51,537 nucleotides of DNA from a virus (IMGVR_UViG_3300043907_000016:1-51537), one strand, 5' to 3'; positions 17,477 to 26,488 are shown, counted from the first letter of the stretch. Numbers and translations: made by a program. The notes: generated by a model not told the origin, from the letters alone.

Positions 17477-18532
17477 ATGTGTTTGCTAGTTAATCAACCC
17501 GCCTCCACCGTCTTTACCGAAGACTTCATCAAAGATGTGTATTCCAGAAACAGTGATGGATTCGGCGTCATGTATGCAGAGCATGGCAAGGTCCATGTGT
17601 ACAAGTGCCTGCCCACCAGCGGTGATGACATGTATGCGTTCTATCAGGCCCACGCCGAAGGTCGTGACTGCGTGTGGCACGCTCGCATGCAAACGCACGG
17701 CGACATCGATCTTGACAACTGCCATCCGTATCGTGTGACCGACGACATCTGGCTTGCTCACAACGGCATCTTGTCCACCAGCAATGCTGCCGACAAGACC
17801 AAGTCGGATACCTGGCATTTCATTCGCAACATCATTGCTCCTGCATTGACTGGCAATCCGGACCTGATGCTGGATGAAAGCTGGCAGAAGATGATCGGCA
17901 GCATCATCGGAAATGGCAACAAGTTTGGCCTGGTCCGTGCGGACGGAGAGACAGTCATCATTAACCAACAAAGCGGAGTTAACTTCGTGGGAGCCTGGCT
18001 GAGCAACACCTATGCCTGGTCTACCACGAAGTTTGGTTTTCGTCAGACGTACCAAAGCTCGTACTCGGGCCAAAGCGGATACAGCAACATGCACACCGGG
18101 TACGGCGGATCGCGTTCGTCGTATTGGGAAGACGAAGACCAAGGCACTGCGTACACCGAATGGTGGCATGGCCAAAAAGACAACAACTGGTACAACAATG
18201 GGTCAGTTATCACTAAAGCCAAAGGAGAAGTCGTTAAAGAAAAAGAAACGGCTCAAGTTGTTGACCCCAGTGAAGTGGTCCAATACTCCCCTCAAGAGAT
18301 CCGTCCCATGATCAGAGCAGCTTTCAATTGCTGGATGCGCAACGGCCGCTCTGGCATCGAACAATGGTGCAAACAGGTTCCGTACAAAGCTGCCGCTGTG
18401 ATTGGTTATTGGTATGACGATCTGCCTCATGACGAGCTTGAGAATATGGTCGAGCAAGACCCCGAAGAAGCAGCAGTATGGATTGAGGATCTGTTTCGCA
18501 CTGACTCCATCCAGCCTTCAATGATCAGCTAA
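17477..18532 (+). CDS. Class II (Ntn) glutamine amidotransferase-like protein with C-terminal extension
   Basis: N-terminal Met-Cys, NSDGFG, HARMQTHG, NCHPY, LAHNG and SDT motifs. Confidence 0.88.
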   Translation: MCLLVNQPASTVFTEDFIKDVYSRNSDGFGVMYAEHGKVHVYKCLPTSGDDMYAFYQAHAEGRDCVWHARMQTHGDIDLDNCHPYRVTDDIWLAHNGILSTSNAADKTKSDTWHFIRNIIAPALTGNPDLMLDESWQKMIGSIIGNGNKFGLVRADGETVIINQQSGVNFVGAWLSNTYAWSTTKFGFRQTYQSSYSGQSGYSNMHTGYGGSRSSYWEDEDQGTAYTEWWHGQKDNNWYNNGSVITKAKGEVVKEKETAQVVDPSEVVQYSPQEIRPMIRAAFNCWMRNGRSGIEQWCKQVPYKAAAVIGYWYDDLPHDELENMVEQDPEEAAVWIEDLFRTDSIQPSMIS

Positions 18533-18540
18533 GGAGTCTC

Positions 18541-18714
18541 ATGGACCGCTGGCAACAGTATGTCTCGCTCGAGATAGCCGATGCGCTGGGAAACGATGAA
18601 CGATTGCTCGATATCACTGAAGCCTTGCTTTCAATGCACATGATAGACCTGATCCCCGGCGACATCTCCGACCAACTTTTTAACCAGATTGACTTGACCA
18701 ACGAAGGAGGTTGA
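18541..18714 (+). CDS. Small acidic hypothetical protein
   Basis: AAGGAG RBS, 57 aa, TGATG-coupled to the next gene. Confidence 0.6.
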   Translation: MDRWQQYVSLEIADALGNDERLLDITEALLSMHMIDLIPGDISDQLFNQIDLTNEGG

Positions 18715-19250
18715 TGAACTGCATTGTTGCAGGCGACGAGGGGCTTCGGCCCCTTGTTGGTTATTTAAAAAACAAACGCCTGGTGCTCAGGCACACGGCG
18801 CTCAACCGGCGATATCAATCGCCACGTTTCCAAATCTTTCACGCAACAGGAGGTTTCGGCTGCAAAGAAGGCGGCCTTTCACATATCGTTTACGGAATTC
18901 ACATCGCAGACGGTGAGAGTGCCCAATGGGATCGAGATGACTTCATTGGGATTGCATCCGACGAGCTGGTCAATCGAGCACTCGAAAACACGGCGCCGGT
19001 CGAGAACATCGACCTGAATCAACGCATGTACTTTCTGGTTGCCAAAGATGGATCAGTCGAAACGGGAAACACAATCGAACAAGCAAGACGCAGACTTGGA
19101 CGCATTACATCAGCGGATGTGGCGCTCGCATACCACGCACATCCACAATCAGTAATCACGGAGCTTGGCTATATCAGCTGGCCGAAAGGCGCTGAGCCAG
19201 TCGAGGTCAAGATCAAGTCGAGAGGAGGTATTTGGATCGACGGAAACTAA
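18714..19250 (+). CDS. Hypothetical early protein
   Basis: GGAGG RBS; contains ATGGFGC...DGE...WDRDDFIG. Confidence 0.7.
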   Translation: MNCIVAGDEGLRPLVGYLKNKRLVLRHTALNRRYQSPRFQIFHATGGFGCKEGGLSHIVYGIHIADGESAQWDRDDFIGIASDELVNRALENTAPVENIDLNQRMYFLVAKDGSVETGNTIEQARRRLGRITSADVALAYHAHPQSVITELGYISWPKGAEPVEVKIKSRGGIWIDGN

Positions 19251-19492
19251 ACATCATCAAGCTGTGCAACGGTCTCGGCCTTCGGGTCGAGTCCCTTGTG
19301 CAATCCAAGAAACATTTTCACGCAGTTTTATCAAATGGCATACGAAACAAACGAATCATCTTCCCAGTCTCAGCATCAGACCGCCGATGGGAGCTCAACA
19401 AAAAATCTGAAATTAAAAAAGCCTTTGCGCTTGAGCCACAACGAGATGCTCCAGGTGTGGCACCTGTACACACAGACCGACACCAAGGTTGA
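19232..19492 (+). CDS. Small basic protein, possibly HicA-like fold
   Basis: GGAGG RBS before TTG; KKH...IIFPVSASDRR...N pattern. Confidence 0.45.
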   Translation: MDRRKLNIIKLCNGLGLRVESLVQSKKHFHAVLSNGIRNKRIIFPVSASDRRWELNKKSEIKKAFALEPQRDAPGVAPVHTDRHQG

Positions 19493-19847
19493 AGAAATCA
19501 GCAAGATGTTCAACATCAGCGCTCCAGTTGTGTACGACTACCTCGATCGCGTTGGCCTTCCGTATAAACGCCGTGGAAAAGCAGCAAAACAGCTGACGAG
19601 CAAGCAAAGCCAGTGGATCAAATCCATGAGTCGCATCGGTCACAGTTCGGGGTACATCGCAAAGCAAATTGGCTGTCACAAATCAACTGTTTACCGTCAT
19701 TTGTCCGGTTATGTACCTGCGGCCAGGAACAAACGCTCAACCCAGCCAGTTGCAGCCTTGCAGACGCCCCCTAAGATCGAGCCGCCCATCCAGATGATCG
19801 AACCAAAACGTGGTTTGTTCCATCGCATCATGCGTTTCTTCTTCTAA
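19335..19847 (+). CDS. Double helix-turn-helix DNA-binding protein (start uncertain)
   Basis: KVEEISKMFNISAPVVYDYL and SSGYIAKQIGCHKSTVYRHL. Confidence 0.7.
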   Translation: MAYETNESSSQSQHQTADGSSTKNLKLKKPLRLSHNEMLQVWHLYTQTDTKVEEISKMFNISAPVVYDYLDRVGLPYKRRGKAAKQLTSKQSQWIKSMSRIGHSSGYIAKQIGCHKSTVYRHLSGYVPAARNKRSTQPVAALQTPPKIEPPIQMIEPKRGLFHRIMRFFF

Positions 19848-19932
19848 AACACTTGACAACAATCCAGGGCTCTGTGCCCTGGCTGTTGTTTTTTTGCCAC
19901 TCACGCCGGCTTAATCATTCCACGCAGCTCAA

Positions 19933-19964
19933 AGAAAAACCCCCGGTTCGTGGCCGGGGGCTTA
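19933..19964. terminator. Terminator between convergent operons
   Basis: AAAAA-CCCCCGG-ttcgtgg-CCGGGGG-CTT; a second hairpin with a T-run lies at about 19864-19895. Confidence 0.75.
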
Positions 19965-20009
19965 TGTGAGTGCTCGCGTCATCTGCGCGTGGCCTTGTGA
20001 GCCAGAACT

Positions 20010-20465
20010 CTATGACGTTAATGTCGTTGGTGTTTTGGTTTCTTGCAACAGTTGCGTTGCTGTAAGTTGTTCTCGAATGATTGAGGCAAATGCTTTGAGG
20101 CTGATCTCCAGGGTGAAGTCCACGTCCTCATCCCAGTCAGCCTGCATCATGAACCCCCAGGGGATCCGCACACGCCATGATTGGAAGTCCTCCCTGTACG
20201 CCAGCACTGGCGCGGCTCCGACCCTCTTGGCCTGCTCTACGGCTTGCTCCCAGAAGGCTTTGATGTCGGACTCCTTAACCACCTTATACCTCTTGATTTC
20301 CAAGGCCCACCCATCCAGGCCCAGGATGTCATGTCCCCCGTTCCTGGTCTGCTCGAGGTTCCTCTTGAGCGGCTCGACCAGCGCGTCTCCCAGATATTCA
20401 CCCAGCTCTTTGCAGAACTCCCTCTCACCCGCGGCGCCTTTCGCTCGGCTGTTGATCTTTCCCAT
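20010..20465 (-). CDS. Holliday junction resolvase-like PD-(D/E)XK nuclease
   Basis: SRAKGAAGERE, GGHDI, ALEIKR, WEQA and PVLAYR motifs. Confidence 0.85.
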   Translation of the reverse strand: MGKINSRAKGAAGEREFCKELGEYLGDALVEPLKRNLEQTRNGGHDILGLDGWALEIKRYKVVKESDIKAFWEQAVEQAKRVGAAPVLAYREDFQSWRVRIPWGFMMQADWDEDVDFTLEISLKAFASIIREQLTATQLLQETKTPTTLTS

Positions 20466-20550
20466 CAGAGATCCCAACCAAACACAAAGAACGACCCAAG
20501 AGCCAGCAGGATGGCTAGGGTAAACCCTACCAAAATTCCGAGTATGAAAA

Positions 20551-20772
20551 TCATTGAACACCTCCTTGGCGCTCACGGCCTGCGTCCAAGAGGCGCTCGA
20601 ATTCATCGATATCATCCTCAAGCATTGGCTCAGCCCTGTCGAAGATCTCGCCAGTATTAACGAGCCTGTGGATCTCAGCGATCAGCTCTTGGAGTTCCTC
20701 CTGTGTGCCCTCAAAGTTGTCGAAACAACCTGGCGCAAACTCAACCTTCAGTTTCTTTTCTTCTTCCATCAT
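20551..20772 (-). CDS. Small acidic hypothetical protein
   Basis: KVEFAPGCFDNFEGTQEELQ, AAGGA RBS. Confidence 0.7.
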   Translation of the reverse strand: MMEEEKKLKVEFAPGCFDNFEGTQEELQELIAEIHRLVNTGEIFDRAEPMLEDDIDEFERLLDAGRERQGGVQ

Positions 20773-21161
20773 GCTTCCTTTCTAATCATCTGGGTGTACT
20801 GCCTGCGCGTGAGGCCCAGGTTGAACACACTGTTACCGGTCATCCTTTTGCGCAGGTTCTGACGATACCTACGCCTATTCTCGGATGGGTTTGACTTGGG
20901 CTTCTTCGCATCAGGCTTGTCGCCCAGGTCGTATACCGCTCGAGGGTAGCGCCTTGCGCCCTCCTCATCGTAAACATACCGCACCACATGAATACGTTTG
21001 GGTAGGGTTTTCCCTGCCTTGTTCAGTCTGGTAAGGATAGAGCTAATGTACATCCTGTCCAGGCCGATCGCATCACACACCTCTTTGCGGGTCATCTCGC
21101 CGTGTTCGGCAAACATCCGCAGAATCCTGGTCGTCACCGACCCCCAATCTCTTTTGTCCAT
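20769..21161 (-). CDS. Winged-HTH-like DNA-binding protein
   Basis: MTRKEVCDAIGLDR..ISSILTRL followed by a beta wing and a basic tail. Confidence 0.7.
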   Translation of the reverse strand: MDKRDWGSVTTRILRMFAEHGEMTRKEVCDAIGLDRMYISSILTRLNKAGKTLPKRIHVVRYVYDEEGARRYPRAVYDLGDKPDAKKPKSNPSENRRRYRQNLRKRMTGNSVFNLGLTRRQYTQMIRKEA

Positions 21162-21305
21162 TTACTTCGCCATCAAATACAGACCCACGTTTGAAAATGA
21201 ATAACCGGAGTAGACAATTGCCATCGACCAGTTGCCCTTCATGCCCTGCTCCAACGCCACGTATGCGTACGCCAGGCCGGTCGCCACGATCAACCAAGAG
21301 CTCAC
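21162..21305 (-). CDS. 47-aa membrane protein
   Basis: GTGA-coupled; MSSWLIVATGLAYAYVALEQ...NVGLYLMAK (below the ORF-track cutoff). Confidence 0.65.
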   Translation of the reverse strand: MSSWLIVATGLAYAYVALEQGMKGNWSMAIVYSGYSFSNVGLYLMAK

Positions 21306-21679
21306 TTGGTTGCCTCCACGTACGCTTCCATCAGCCTCTGCGAGATAGACTGAATGGCATACGCCTCGGATTCATCGCCAGGGTGCTTCTCCCCGACCGC
21401 CTGCTTGTGCTCTTGCCAGATATGCACGGCCTCATGAACAAGTACCGAGGCTATCTGGATTCCAGTCAACTCCTTCTTGCTCAAACAGACGATCGCTGCT
21501 TTACCGCCCTCTGGATGCTCGAAGAAGTGCGTGGTTGCGTCGGCGTTCCCAGTCACCCATTGAGGCCACTGATGCGGCAACACATTCATCCGCTTCATTT
21601 CCTTATGAAAGTCTTTCTCATCCAAACACAGCCCGTAGGCGTGCCTGCTCTGCCACAGGGATCTGTCACACCACTTCAT
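21302..21679 (-). CDS. Hypothetical protein with HExxH motif
   Basis: LVHEAVH...ESEAY, possible metallopeptidase-like fold. Confidence 0.65.
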   Translation of the reverse strand: MKWCDRSLWQSRHAYGLCLDEKDFHKEMKRMNVLPHQWPQWVTGNADATTHFFEHPEGGKAAIVCLSKKELTGIQIASVLVHEAVHIWQEHKQAVGEKHPGDESEAYAIQSISQRLMEAYVEATK

Positions 21680-21892
21680 TTAATCTCCTTGCGCCCGGAT
21701 ACACCGAGCAATTACCTTTGCCGCGCTCCCTGCGCTGCCGTTGTTCCAGCTCTCAGCGATTTTGGCGTCTCTTTCTTTGCGCGATTGGGTAGCACACACC
21801 CACACATACTTGGCGTTGGTGCGCCCGATCATCTTGCGCTCGGGTTCACTGATGGATTCCCACCACTCATCGAAGTCATGCATTGTAGGCAC
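21680..21892 (-). CDS. Hypothetical protein
   Basis: ERDAKIAE...IARCIRA tail common in proteobacterial phage accessory proteins. Confidence 0.65.
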   Translation of the reverse strand: MPTMHDFDEWWESISEPERKMIGRTNAKYVWVCATQSRKERDAKIAESWNNGSAGSAAKVIARCIRAQGD

Positions 21893-22208
21893 GTCTTTCC
21901 GCCCTCTCGTTGGCGCTCCTGGTGCGGTAGATCTCGATCTCCAACTCCACCGCCTTGAGGTGGTAGCGGATCTTCTCTTCCTCGAACACCGCGGTCTTCA
22001 AGTCATCCAGCATCTTGAGGTACTGGTCATTGGCCCTGGCCTCACGCTCCTGAGCCACGCCTGAGTTGAATCCGTTGCGCTCGGCATCCCTCATCAGCAT
22101 GGCCAGCATCGACTTTTTGTACTCATCCAGGTATTCCCTGTTGGCTCTGGCAGGGGCGTACCTGTCGGCCAGTTGTCGGTACCTCTCCAGCAGTTCTTCA
22201 ATGTCCAT
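21876..22208 (-). CDS. Coiled-coil hypothetical protein
   Basis: GGAGA RBS at ATG 22208; AQEREARA...YRT.SANER. Confidence 0.7.
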   Translation of the reverse strand: MDIEELLERYRQLADRYAPARANREYLDEYKKSMLAMLMRDAERNGFNSGVAQEREARANDQYLKMLDDLKTAVFEEEKIRYHLKAVELEIEIYRTRSANERAERRAYNA

Positions 22209-22632
22209 CGTCTTCTCCAATCTTGACTCGTCGTCCGTCTCTGTAATAAAGGGTGTCTGCAATCCTGGTAGGGCACTCCAAGAAGTCCATCGACCCAGGT
22301 CTCTTGATTGTTGACTCGATGTGCTGAGAGGGATCGAAGTTCGGTCGATCCATCACAGGCTGGTATGCGTACTGTCGCTTGAGCCTCATGCCCCTGGCTG
22401 GGCCAAGGTCCTCGAGCTTCTCGTGACCGCGTTTGGTCAATGCCCATTGGTCTCCGAATCTCTTGACAAAGCCATTGCTCTCGAGCCTGGCCATGTATTC
22501 CCCATCGAATCGGCTGACGCTATTGATTGCCCCTGCAATCACCTTGAGATCTTTACTGTGCATCGGGCCGTTCGCCAAGGCGTACATGATCCGATGTGAT
22601 CCAGCGTTTGCAACGACTTTGCCTGTGTTCAC
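22198..22632 (-). CDS. Winged-helix-like protein
   Basis: GTGA-coupled start; RLESNGFV....WALTKRG and C-terminal RPGSMDFL.CP.R. Confidence 0.6.
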   Translation of the reverse strand: MNTGKVVANAGSHRIMYALANGPMHSKDLKVIAGAINSVSRFDGEYMARLESNGFVKRFGDQWALTKRGHEKLEDLGPARGMRLKRQYAYQPVMDRPNFDPSQHIESTIKRPGSMDFLECPTRIADTLYYRDGRRVKIGEDDGH

Positions 22633-22817
22633 TTGATGCTCCTGGTTGACGCATTTGCCCTGGAGACAGCCTTCAAGCGCCAGCAGGAACCGCAAACAAA
22701 CTTATTGCCCATGTACACGCCGTCCCTGTCAGCGCGTGTCTTGCCGCACTTATTGCACTTTGAGACCGGTGCGCCAGAGTCCAATGAACCTGGGAGGATG
22801 ATCTGGCTTTGCAGCAT
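22629..22817 (-). CDS. Small zinc-finger protein
   Basis: CNKC...CGSC. Confidence 0.65.
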   Translation of the reverse strand: MLQSQIILPGSLDSGAPVSKCNKCGKTRADRDGVYMGNKFVCGSCWRLKAVSRANASTRSIK

Positions 22818-23197
22818 CAGGCGGTACCTCCAAAGCTTTCCCCTGCAATACCGGCCTCGACAGCACGGCGCATCAAGCCGTTGATGCTCTTGATCATGCC
22901 TCCGACGTCCTCTGCCATGTGAGCCCAGTCATCTTCGCTGATTGCGCTAACCTCTCGTTGACTACTGGCGATCTGCATCAGTGCGTGCATGGCACCGCCG
23001 GCGCAAGCCATTGCCAAACCAGGGTTAGTTTTCTTGGCCTCATTTGCCAAAGCGTTGGTGATCTCTGCCACCTGGCGGCACAACAGCAGAACACGGGCGG
23101 TCTCCGAGTATTGCGAGCCACGAATTGCAGCCAGGTTCTCAAGCATGGTCTTGGCCTCTGCCTTGACCTCCATCAGGTTGTCTTTAATGTCACTCAT
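22817..23197 (-). CDS. Hypothetical helical protein (possible paralogue of 15277-15630)
   Basis: 126 aa, coupled to both neighbours. Confidence 0.7.
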   Translation of the reverse strand: MSDIKDNLMEVKAEAKTMLENLAAIRGSQYSETARVLLLCRQVAEITNALANEAKKTNPGLAMACAGGAMHALMQIASSQREVSAISEDDWAHMAEDVGGMIKSINGLMRRAVEAGIAGESFGGTA

Positions 23198-23487
23198 TTC
23201 TTTACCTCAATCAGTTCTTCTCTCCACATTGCTTGGTGTGTTTTGCAAATCGCAGTCAATGTGAAGTCTCTGCGTTCTGCTCGGCTCATCTCGCCGCCTT
23301 GGTCCAGGTTGACGTGGCATCTGTGACAGAGCCAAGCCAACATCGAATCGTCTGCCTTGATGCCCATCCCTTTGCCGTGCTCTGACAAATTGCTGTGGGC
23401 TGACACAACTGTTCCGTCGTCCGCGCCGCACATCACGCACCGCTGACCACGCGCCAGGTCAAGGAGCTTGCGGTTGCGGTAATTCAC
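23194..23487 (-). CDS. Zn-binding HNH-like nuclease-domain protein (DUF1364-like)
   Basis: LL.LARG..C..C, TVV.AHSN, GKGMGIKA.D and LC..CH..D motifs. Confidence 0.75.
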   Translation of the reverse strand: MNYRNRKLLDLARGQRCVMCGADDGTVVSAHSNLSEHGKGMGIKADDSMLAWLCHRCHVNLDQGGEMSRAERRDFTLTAICKTHQAMWREELIEVKK

Positions 23488-23627
23488 AGCTCAACCCCTT
23501 GTGAGCGCAGGCCAGCGTCGTAGCAAGCAACAGCCAGCTCTGCGATCTCTTGCGGGGTGAAGATCCATCCGTCAGCACGGAACTTCTTGGTGTGCACAGT
23601 TGCCAATCGTTTTTGTTCTGCGTTCAT
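23484..23627 (-). CDS. 47-aa hypothetical protein
   Basis: ATGA-coupled to the primase-helicase gene and GTGA-coupled to the next gene. Confidence 0.5.
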   Translation of the reverse strand: MNAEQKRLATVHTKKFRADGWIFTPQEIAELAVACYDAGLRSQGVEL

Positions 23628-25360
23628 TCGCCGTCCTTTGCTGCTTGGTACTCAGCACCTGTCGGCGGGTGATACGCACCATCAAACTCTTTGAAACGAC
23701 CACTGTTGGGTTGCCATTGCAGATACGCCGTGCCTCGCTTGCCGAGCCAACGTGAGCGGATCTTCTGAACGTGAACCTCTGTGGGCGCCTGTGGATTACG
23801 CACATCACGATGGACGGCGATGATGTTGTCGGCCTTGTTGTAAAAGTGCGCCGATCCTGAAACGGTGTACCCATCGGGGACGGGATAAACACCCTTCAGA
23901 TCCTTCATCAGCTTGGCGGGGTGAGCCACCAACCAGGTGTGGATCTGGTTGTCTCTGGCGAACTTCCTGAGCTGAGTGAGGAACGTGCTGACGTATTCGG
24001 TCTCGCTCACTCCATCCTTGCGCTTGGTGTGATCGAGCTCGTTGTACGGGTCGATGATCAGGCCTTTCATTCCGTGGCGACGGATGAGGAACTTGGCCTT
24101 GGCATGCACCGCCTCGAGGCTGGGTTCCTCGGGCATGATGAATTTGAAATGGTCATTGACCCAAGACTTTGCTTCCTGGAACTTGGACTGATTCACACGT
24201 CCGGCAACCAGGCGCTCACCCATCCTCTTCTCCATCAGCTTGGCGGCATGCCATGAGATGGGCTGATTCTCTGGGGAGCAGATGCCGAAGGTCCATCCTG
24301 CGTTCTCCGCGATGTTGATTGCCATCGCATCAAGCCACTCGCTCTTGCCCATTGATGGGATGCCAGTGACCAAGCTCCACTGACCTGGGGCCGGGGTGTA
24401 CAGACCATTGACTGAGTCCCAACCGGTAGGCTCGCCTTTGATCATCCCGAATTCGAGCATGTTGTTAATGTCTTCTTCGATGTCATTTACCGAGAACACA
24501 CCCTCAACAGGGAAAGGCTTGGCGTCTTCGATGCAGTGATGCAAAGCTTGTGCGCCGTGCTTGACAAGGACTTCGTTGGCATCCTTGCAATCTTCCGGCC
24601 ACGCTACACGCAGACACTTGTCACGACCAAGACGCCTGGCGAGCTCATCCTCGAGCTTCTTGCCTGGCTCATCTGAGTCCACCGCCAAAATGAATTGCTT
24701 CACACGATCGAAACGTTCGTCACTCAGGAACTCGAACTTGAGCTCCAAGTTCTTCGACTCAGGTGTTGGCGCTCCATCGGGTACGGAGATGGCTTGGCGG
24801 AATCCTGCAACTTCCAGAGCGAGAGCGTCCATCTCTCCCTCCACGATGATCGTCATGTCATCGTTGATGTCGTCATATTTGTAGACAATCTTCTCCGCGC
24901 CTGCAACTTGTCGGAAATTTTTGTTGTTGTCGCGGTATTTGACGTTAACAATCTCGCCAGCCCTGAAGTACGGGTACGCGATCGCTGTGACTTCGTCCTC
25001 AATCTGAGGCATGTACACCCGCTCGAGGGCGACACGGTTGCGGATCAGAACCTCTGTCGTGATGCCACGCTTGTGGAAAAAAGACTGAGCACCTTCACTC
25101 AGGGCGGCGGGGCGGAACTCAGGGCGGGGATACACACGTCTTGCCGGCGGTGCCGAGCGATTGAGGACCCCTGTGCCAAGGCCACCTGACCATCCGCAGT
25201 GATGGCAATGCCATACGCCCTTGTCTGTGTTCACGTTCAAGCACGGATAACTCTTCTTCTTCCGTGTGTTTGAGCACTGTGGGCAGGTGACCTTGTGCTC
25301 ACCAGGCGGCTCGCCGGACTTGCCGTGCAGGTCAATCCCAAAGTCTGAAAAATTTTTCAT
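23624..25360 (-). CDS. Bifunctional DNA primase-helicase (T7 gp4/Twinkle-like)
   Basis: Zn finger CPQC...CHHC, TOPRIM EGEMD/DSD/KDANE, SF4 helicase GIPSMGKS, IIDPYN, VAHP and KADN. Confidence 0.93.
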   Translation of the reverse strand: MKNFSDFGIDLHGKSGEPPGEHKVTCPQCSNTRKKKSYPCLNVNTDKGVWHCHHCGWSGGLGTGVLNRSAPPARRVYPRPEFRPAALSEGAQSFFHKRGITTEVLIRNRVALERVYMPQIEDEVTAIAYPYFRAGEIVNVKYRDNNKNFRQVAGAEKIVYKYDDINDDMTIIVEGEMDALALEVAGFRQAISVPDGAPTPESKNLELKFEFLSDERFDRVKQFILAVDSDEPGKKLEDELARRLGRDKCLRVAWPEDCKDANEVLVKHGAQALHHCIEDAKPFPVEGVFSVNDIEEDINNMLEFGMIKGEPTGWDSVNGLYTPAPGQWSLVTGIPSMGKSEWLDAMAINIAENAGWTFGICSPENQPISWHAAKLMEKRMGERLVAGRVNQSKFQEAKSWVNDHFKFIMPEEPSLEAVHAKAKFLIRRHGMKGLIIDPYNELDHTKRKDGVSETEYVSTFLTQLRKFARDNQIHTWLVAHPAKLMKDLKGVYPVPDGYTVSGSAHFYNKADNIIAVHRDVRNPQAPTEVHVQKIRSRWLGKRGTAYLQWQPNSGRFKEFDGAYHPPTGAEYQAAKDGE

Positions 25361-25657
25361 GAGCTCCTACGTACATCTTTGTAGCTACATGCGTACTTGG
25401 TGAGTAAATATGTAGTTACAGATTGGTTGATGTGATCTAGACCAGTTGATTTGGATTTCATACCATCTGGTCCGGCGTTCATCAGTACACACCTGGCACT
25501 GACGGCCCTCATTATCCCTGCACGAAATCGGTTTTCTATTGGGGATATCCCTAATACCCTACCGATATCCATACATATACAATTCACTCCACTGCAATAC
25601 ATCGAATTCGCTGTATTACAGCAAGAAATCTACCATCAACTCACTCTCAGGAGCACT
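25361..25657. promoter_or_regulatory. Divergent promoter region (replication operon versus recombination/integration operon)
   Basis: Lower-GC intergenic gap between divergent genes. Contains TGGGGATATCCCTA (25540-25553) and the inverted repeat CTGCAATACA/TGTATTACAG (25592-25621). Confidence 0.6.
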
Positions 25658-26233
25658 ATGCAAAAGATTGCATCAGCCTTGGTCAAGGCGCAAAAGGGAT
25701 TCGGCGCCGCCCTCAAGACCTCAACCAACCCCCATTTCAAGAGCCGCTACGCAGACCTCGCGGCCTGTGTCGAGGCCGTGATCGACAGCCTCAATGACAA
25801 CGGCGTGGCGTTGATCCAGCAGACCCATGAGTGCGATAGCGGCGTGATCGTGGAGACGATGTTCATCCACGAATCTGGCGAGACCTTCAGCGCCGGCAAG
25901 CTGCACGTTCCAGCATCCAAGCATGACGCCCAAGGCTACGGCTCTGCCCTGACGTATGCCCGTCGCTACTCACTGATGGCGGCGTGTGGCATCGCCCCCG
26001 AGGATGACGACGGCAACGCTGCTACCTCCGCTCCTGCCAAGAAAGCTGATATCAAAAAGATATCTGCGGGTGAGCTCGAGACCATCACCAACCTGGCCAA
26101 GCAGGCCGGCGTTGAGTTGTCTGCCATCGCCAAGGCGTATGGCCTGCAAAGCATCAACGATCTTCCATTGGTGAAGACCGCTGAAGTCGTGGCGCGTCTT
26201 CAACAGAAGGCCGCTGAGTCCAACAACAAGTAA
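25658..26233 (+). CDS. erf: ERF-family single-strand annealing protein
   Basis: AGGAG RBS; NPHFKSRYADL and QGYGSALTYARRYSL...EDDDGN. Confidence 0.92.
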   Translation: MQKIASALVKAQKGFGAALKTSTNPHFKSRYADLAACVEAVIDSLNDNGVALIQQTHECDSGVIVETMFIHESGETFSAGKLHVPASKHDAQGYGSALTYARRYSLMAACGIAPEDDDGNAATSAPAKKADIKKISAGELETITNLAKQAGVELSAIAKAYGLQSINDLPLVKTAEVVARLQQKAAESNNK

Positions 26234-26242
26234 GGAACCAAC

Positions 26243-26488
26243 ATGTCCGCAACCTACAACAACCAAATCGAAATCGTCATCTTCGACAACAACCGCCGCA
26301 CCAATGAGAAGGCGCCCACACAGACCGGCACCGTGACATTCCCTGACGGCACCAAGTACCAGGTCGCCCTGTGGGATCGCGTGAGCAAGAACGGCAACCC
26401 GTTCCGTAGCGGCACGTTGAAGCTCGATGACGGCAAGTACAGCGGCGGTGGTCGCGGCAACGGCGGTTCCGTCAAGGTGGACTTCTAA
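26243..26488 (+). CDS. Small SSB-like protein
   Basis: IFDN..R.NEKAP..TG, VALW...SKNG..F.SG, Gly-rich tail ending DF; follows erf. Confidence 0.6.
   Translation: MSATYNNQIEIVIFDNNRRTNEKAPTQTGTVTFPDGTKYQVALWDRVSKNGNPFRSGTLKLDDGKYSGGGRGNGGSVKVDF

Noticed and set aside
25357-25602. 81-aa minus-strand ORF as a hidden repressor
   Set aside because: No HTH pattern or RBS; it overlaps the divergent promoter region.
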